This document shows positions 59,752 through 64,000 of a stretch of DNA of 64,000 nucleotides, one piece after another (position 1 is the first letter of the stretch; every line of letters starts with the position of its first letter). Origin of the DNA: Leptolyngbyaceae cyanobacterium (GTDB lineage Bacteria > Cyanobacteriota > Cyanobacteriia > Phormidesmidales > Phormidesmidaceae); NCBI GenBank assembly GCA_050330865.1, contig JBHJHM010000076.1, positions 1,649 through 65,648 on the forward strand, given 5' to 3'. Under the pieces are notes generated by a model. The model did no database searches. It worked only from the letters and a program-made list of their open reading frames with translations, and was not told the origin of the DNA. Both the position numbers and the translations under genes were made by a program.

Positions 59752-62700
59752 CTATTCCTCCGCAGCAACGAGCTGAGTCACCTTGTTAATGAGGTCCAGC
59801 GTCGAGAACCCTTTGGTTAAATAATCGTCAGCGCCGACCCGTTTGGCCTCTGCAAACCAGTCTTCCGACAGGCGGGAAGAGACCACCAAAATGGGCATGG
59901 ATAGGTTTTCCTGACGGCAGCGATCAATCAGGGTGAAGCCGTCCATATTGGGCATTTCAATATCGGTAATGACAAGGGCTGGAGCGGGGTTAGCCTTCAG
60001 CCAATTCCAAGCTTCGAGACCATCACCGCAGGTGTGGGTAACGTGCCCATAGGAGGTAAGGCTAGCCTCAATGCGGCGTCGCATTAGGGCGGCATCGTCC
60101 ACAATCAAAATGGTAGGTGTGCTGCTGACCGTGACAGGTGCATCAGCCTCAGACTCACCGCTCACCGCAACGTCTGATTCAGGCGTCGCGGTGTAGAGCC
60201 ACTCGATAATATCGGTCGCATTCAGCACTGGAACCAGCGTGCCATCAGGCTGCAGACTCACTCCCAGGAGTCCTTCGGGTGGCTGTAAAGGCGTTGGCAG
60301 CGCATTGATGAGCAAATCAGACTGACCGAGCAACTCATCGGCAATCAGCCACGCGCCTCGATCAAGCCCCGAGGAATGAACATAAGCACAAACGGCTGTT
60401 TCTTCTAGCGTGCGCCCCGACCGCTGTGGTTGCCAGTATTCCAGCAAATCGAGTCCTGGGATGGCGCCATTGTCTTGTTCAATTTGCCAGGAGTAGGCTG
60501 AATCTTTCTCCTTTACCTGGATCGCTTGCAGGCTTTCTATGAGCGCTGCATTCCTGACATCTTCAGTCGGAACCGCGAAGGTGCGATCGCCTGCCTGCAG
60601 TAACATGCAAGGCACCAGCAGGTGCGGAACTGGAAACTGGAGTGAAAACGTTGTGCCTCGGCCCGGATGCGTCTCAACGGTTAGCTTGCCGCCTAGTCTC
60701 GTCACCTGAGCCGCGACGACATCCATGCCGACCCCGCGTCCTGAAATATCGCTGACTTCCGTCTCAGAGCTAAAACCGGGCTGACAAATGACCGCCAGTA
60801 AGTTAGACGCAGTCGATGTATCGCTTAGGGGGAGGCCAAGCGTTTGAGCGCGATCGCAAATAGCTTGGGCGTTCATCCCCCGCCCATCATCTTGCAGACT
60901 GAGCCGATAAAGGTTGCCCAAACGCTGTAAGGATAGCGTCAGGGTGCCTTGTTCTGGTTTGCCTGCAGCCTGGCGATCTTGTGGAAGTTCGAGTGCATGG
61001 TCAAAGGCATTCCGGATCAGGTGCAGAAGAGCGGGTTCCAAGCTACGAGCACTCCCCACATCCAGTTCGGTATGTTCCCCCTGAATAACTAATTTAGCTG
61101 GCTTCTGGAAGCGCGTGATCAGGTCGCGCAGAATCGCTCGGGCTCGGAAAGCTAAGTTCCGAAACGGCACTAAACGACTCTCTTCTACCGTGGCTTGAAG
61201 CCTCAAGATATTTCGATCCAGAAACTGCAGACTTTCGGTCATCTGCTTTGCCGATTTTTCGGTTTCAGCCCCCAACTCAGAAAGGCGTAGGCTAGTTTCT
61301 AGCAGTCGGTTAATCGTGACATAGCCTTGCCGATAGCGTTCTGGCGTCGGTCCAGTCTGCCGTGCATTCAGCCTCAGGTTATCGACCAAGGCATAATCAT
61401 CTTGAATTTGTCGTAAACGGGTGATGTGCTGAACCCCTTCTTTGGCCAGGGAAGCGAGCTGTAGAATCTGAGACTGCAAGACATCATAGATGCCTTGTGT
61501 ACTTCTAACAGCCAGCAAGGCATTAACGAGATCCTGAGCCGAGCGATCAAGCCTTTCCAGAGGCACTGGGATCTGAATTTGCTCAGTTGTTTCGGTGGCT
61601 TCAGCTGTAGCCGATAGTGAGGAAACTGATGTGTTGGACAGCGCTGCAGCTGTCTCGGCATCGGTCTCAGCATCGGTGTCGAGGGCCTCAGCCAATAGAT
61701 TAATCAACCAAGTATCAGAAGTCGCAGCCTCAGACACAGGTAGTTGATTCTGAGTGTCAGCTGCCATCTCTGGATCAAGCGCAGCTAGTGCGTCGAGGTC
61801 TTCTACTTGAGGCGGGACACCCGCAGCAGGATCTTCCACCAAGAAAATGTCCGAGTGCTCTTGTCCCGATTCGGGAGCGGCGGTGCCATTCCTTTGAGCT
61901 CCCGCACCATTGAGAGCGGGAGCTTCTTCCGAGGCTGATGGTGAGACTGATGGTGAGTCGGTCTGAGCAGGGAGCGATGTGCTGTGGCTCTGGACCGTAT
62001 CGGCATTAGGAGCTTCATCCGCCTCCTGTTCTGGAGTTGACTCTGAGGTGCCCCAGTTCAAACCAGCAGAATCTTCGATCGCCATCGATGCTGTATCAGA
62101 GACCGCAGCCTCAGTATCAGTATCAGTAGGTGTTACATCCTGAGTTGCTTCGGAGATAGCTCGATCAATCGCTGCGAGGGTTTCAGGATCGTCGATTGCG
62201 GCAGGTTCGGCTGCTGGAGGGGTTGTCACTCCTGCGATCGCAGAAGGCGGGTCTGAATCGGTAGCCGCTACATCGGAGTCATCAGGGTCAAGGGGAGCTT
62301 CCAAACTACCGAGTTCGTCCAAGAAGGTGTCCATATCAGGAAACACATCGGTCATGTCCGCTGTGTCATCAGCTGCATCGGTTGGATCTGTCGTTGGCCT
62401 CACTGCCGTAGAGGCCGTTCCTGGTTCGCCTGGAAATAGGGGGACTGGCACTGGCTCGCTTGCAGCGAGGTTCAGGGTAAAAGAAACGGCTTCACCGCTA
62501 GCTCGAGCACAGGCTTTGAGGGCTTGAATCAGACGGGGCCACTGAGTTCGCCACACCGTCTCGCTGAGTTCGCCCATCAGCGTTTCTGCCTGCAAAAGCA
62601 GCTGGCCCCAGCCTGAAGACAGCTGTAAGTCCTGACCAATTTGGTACAGCTGATCGATACTGTTGCGGGCAGTATGCAGCAGGCTCTCGGATAATGCTGC

Positions 62701-63288
62701 TCCGCTGGGAAGATTCTCCAACGCAATTTCGAGGTCCAGCACCACTAGGTCTAACCCCTGCTGGGCAAACTCCTGCTGGATTTGTTTCTGCTGGCTCCAC
62801 TGCGGCAGGTAACGCTCCTGAATCTGCGATCGCAATACTTGAATACGCTGCACGGACGGATCAACCTGAGCGCGTGCGGCTTCGCCTTTTGCTTCAATCG
62901 GCAGCGTAGCGGCCAGCAGTTCGCCTGCCTCCACCAGTACTTCCCGGAGTTGGCCATCCTCTAGCGGGGGCGCGGTTTCTAAATGACGCAAATCGGAGAG
63001 CAAGTCTTCCAGCACAGTGGATACGTGCAAAATGGCATCGGCCCCCACCGTAACCGCCCCCCCCTTAATCGTATGAATTACCCGATACAAAGTCTGTATG
63101 TCGTTACTCCAGGTCTCAGATTGTAGACGCCCAGATTGGTCCAGGTAGGTCTGCAGCCCTTTCTGGGTATCTACGTCAAACATGCTGCGGAGTTCTTGCT
63201 GCAGCTGAGCCTCCATCGGGTCTTCAAAGTCACCGACAGAATCAGCTGTGGGGGCCGGAGCCTTGGGAACGTTTTCAGGATTGGGCAT
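59752..63288 (-). CDS. CheA-like hybrid histidine kinase (HPt - long acidic linker - HATPase - CheW-like - receiver), PilL/HmpE type
   Basis: 1178 aa. HPt reads HTIKGGA. Residues about 285-560 are D/E/T/A/P-rich. The kinase core has HLIRNAFDHA, DDGRGM and GRGVGMD. A CheW-like region and a C-terminal REC (ILIVDD...ITDIEMPNMDG...TKG) follow. An MCP gene lies directly upstream. Confidence 0.88.
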   Translation of the reverse strand: MPNPENVPKAPAPTADSVGDFEDPMEAQLQQELRSMFDVDTQKGLQTYLDQSGRLQSETWSNDIQTLYRVIHTIKGGAVTVGADAILHVSTVLEDLLSDLRHLETAPPLEDGQLREVLVEAGELLAATLPIEAKGEAARAQVDPSVQRIQVLRSQIQERYLPQWSQQKQIQQEFAQQGLDLVVLDLEIALENLPSGAALSESLLHTARNSIDQLYQIGQDLQLSSGWGQLLLQAETLMGELSETVWRTQWPRLIQALKACARASGEAVSFTLNLAASEPVPVPLFPGEPGTASTAVRPTTDPTDAADDTADMTDVFPDMDTFLDELGSLEAPLDPDDSDVAATDSDPPSAIAGVTTPPAAEPAAIDDPETLAAIDRAISEATQDVTPTDTDTEAAVSDTASMAIEDSAGLNWGTSESTPEQEADEAPNADTVQSHSTSLPAQTDSPSVSPSASEEAPALNGAGAQRNGTAAPESGQEHSDIFLVEDPAAGVPPQVEDLDALAALDPEMAADTQNQLPVSEAATSDTWLINLLAEALDTDAETDAETAAALSNTSVSSLSATAEATETTEQIQIPVPLERLDRSAQDLVNALLAVRSTQGIYDVLQSQILQLASLAKEGVQHITRLRQIQDDYALVDNLRLNARQTGPTPERYRQGYVTINRLLETSLRLSELGAETEKSAKQMTESLQFLDRNILRLQATVEESRLVPFRNLAFRARAILRDLITRFQKPAKLVIQGEHTELDVGSARSLEPALLHLIRNAFDHALELPQDRQAAGKPEQGTLTLSLQRLGNLYRLSLQDDGRGMNAQAICDRAQTLGLPLSDTSTASNLLAVICQPGFSSETEVSDISGRGVGMDVVAAQVTRLGGKLTVETHPGRGTTFSLQFPVPHLLVPCMLLQAGDRTFAVPTEDVRNAALIESLQAIQVKEKDSAYSWQIEQDNGAIPGLDLLEYWQPQRSGRTLEETAVCAYVHSSGLDRGAWLIADELLGQSDLLINALPTPLQPPEGLLGVSLQPDGTLVPVLNATDIIEWLYTATPESDVAVSGESEADAPVTVSSTPTILIVDDAALMRRRIEASLTSYGHVTHTCGDGLEAWNWLKANPAPALVITDIEMPNMDGFTLIDRCRQENLSMPILVVSSRLSEDWFAEAKRVGADDYLTKGFSTLDLINKVTQLVAAEE

Positions 63289-63392
63289 GATTGAACACTA
63301 GAGGATGATAGGGGAAGAGCAAGATACCATTGCGGGGCAGGACAGGGCGCGACGCTCGTAGCCAAGTACACAGCGACCCAAAACGCCAACCT

Positions 63393-64000
63393 CTAGCTTG
63401 AGGGATTGAGCGGTAAAGGTTTGCCATCGTCAGTTTGGGCTGAGGATAGCCGCGACGGCAAGTGGAAAAGCGATACACTTTGTCGCAGCGTCTGAGCAAC
63501 CTGTTCCATCGTTTGGGATTGTTGCGTGGTTAGGTCAGCGCGCTCGGACGTTTCTGTCGCGATTTTAGAAATCGCCTGGACAGACTGTAAGGTGGTTTGG
63601 GTGGCCTCGGCGATCGCTTGGCTAGACTGAGTCACCTGCTGACCTAAAACAGCGACTTGTTGGGTCGCTGCCTTAATTTGATCAAACGCTTGACTGGATT
63701 GATCAACGCCTGTTGTCAAACTATCCGCTCGCTGGCTAATGTTTTCAACATCATGGTTCAGACCTGACACCACTGTTTGAATCTGCTCTGTGCGCTGCTG
63801 CAGTACAACCAGACTCTGGTTCGTTTGCGCGGCCAAATCGTTGACTTGGGTCGCGACAGTCTCAAATTCGCGCGTAATCGCAGCAAACTGATCGGGATCT
63901 TGCTGTTGCGAGGCCCTAGTGGACAGCATGGAGGCGTTCATTGCCAAAACGCGGGTCAGAGAAGCAATGCGTTTTTGATCTTTCACAAATTGGGCTGCGA
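63393..64000 (-). CDS. Methyl-accepting chemotaxis protein, C-terminal signalling domain (5' end beyond the window)
   Basis: Q/T/A-rich heptad signalling domain (LAMNASMLSTRAS ... QQVAVLGQQVTQSSQAIAEATQ). The frame is open to the window edge. Confidence 0.8.
   Translation of the reverse strand, partial: AAQFVKDQKRIASLTRVLAMNASMLSTRASQQQDPDQFAAITREFETVATQVNDLAAQTNQSLVVLQQRTEQIQTVVSGLNHDVENISQRADSLTTGVDQSSQAFDQIKAATQQVAVLGQQVTQSSQAIAEATQTTLQSVQAISKIATETSERADLTTQQSQTMEQVAQTLRQSVSLFHLPSRLSSAQTDDGKPLPLNPSS

Overview
The window is a cyanobacterial chromosome segment of about 52% GC. The HIP1 octamer GCGATCGC recurs throughout, and hetR, petN, cphBA and sbtAB are present. It is mostly core and housekeeping genes with a few decayed accessory patches.

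Gene content, left to right:
- Four consecutive two-component genes: a giant multi-PAS/GAF hybrid kinase (5' partial), a membrane hybrid kinase, and two REC-kinase paralogs. The second paralog has a degenerate ATP-binding domain.
- HAD hydrolase and glmU.
- hetR, with a patX-like secreted peptide gene upstream that carries three RG(S/T)GR motifs.
- An FAD oxidoreductase and a decayed LRR pseudogene.
- sbtA-sbtB. The sbtA loop contains a 3 x 33 bp in-frame tandem repeat, and a candidate NdhR-type operator lies upstream.
- A TerB/Mo-nitrogenase-C fusion gene, a DUF218 gene and clpC.
- rimI, then lysA-cdaA-uppS, and glyQ.
- An AT-rich remnant of a NACHT NTPase gene, cut off by a 1.4 kb IS element with 23 bp terminal inverted repeats.
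- queC, then the ergothioneine genes egtC-egtB-egtD, and tRNA-Gly(UCC).
- A PD-(D/E)xK gene split by a 92 bp MITE-like insert.
- RidA, quinone oxidoreductase and Xi-class GST genes, a GNAT gene and rsmB.
- petN (29 aa, below the ORF-track threshold).
- cphB-cphA, putA, and a CheA-like hybrid kinase with a partial MCP gene.

I found no CRISPR array, rRNA or prophage. The most notable observations are:
- the triple-motif patX next to hetR;
- the repeat-expanded SbtA loop;
- the pseudokinase paralog;
- the cleanly excisable MITE;
- the IS-truncated NACHT remnant;
- the petN plus 55-aa small-ORF pair that the ORF track misses.
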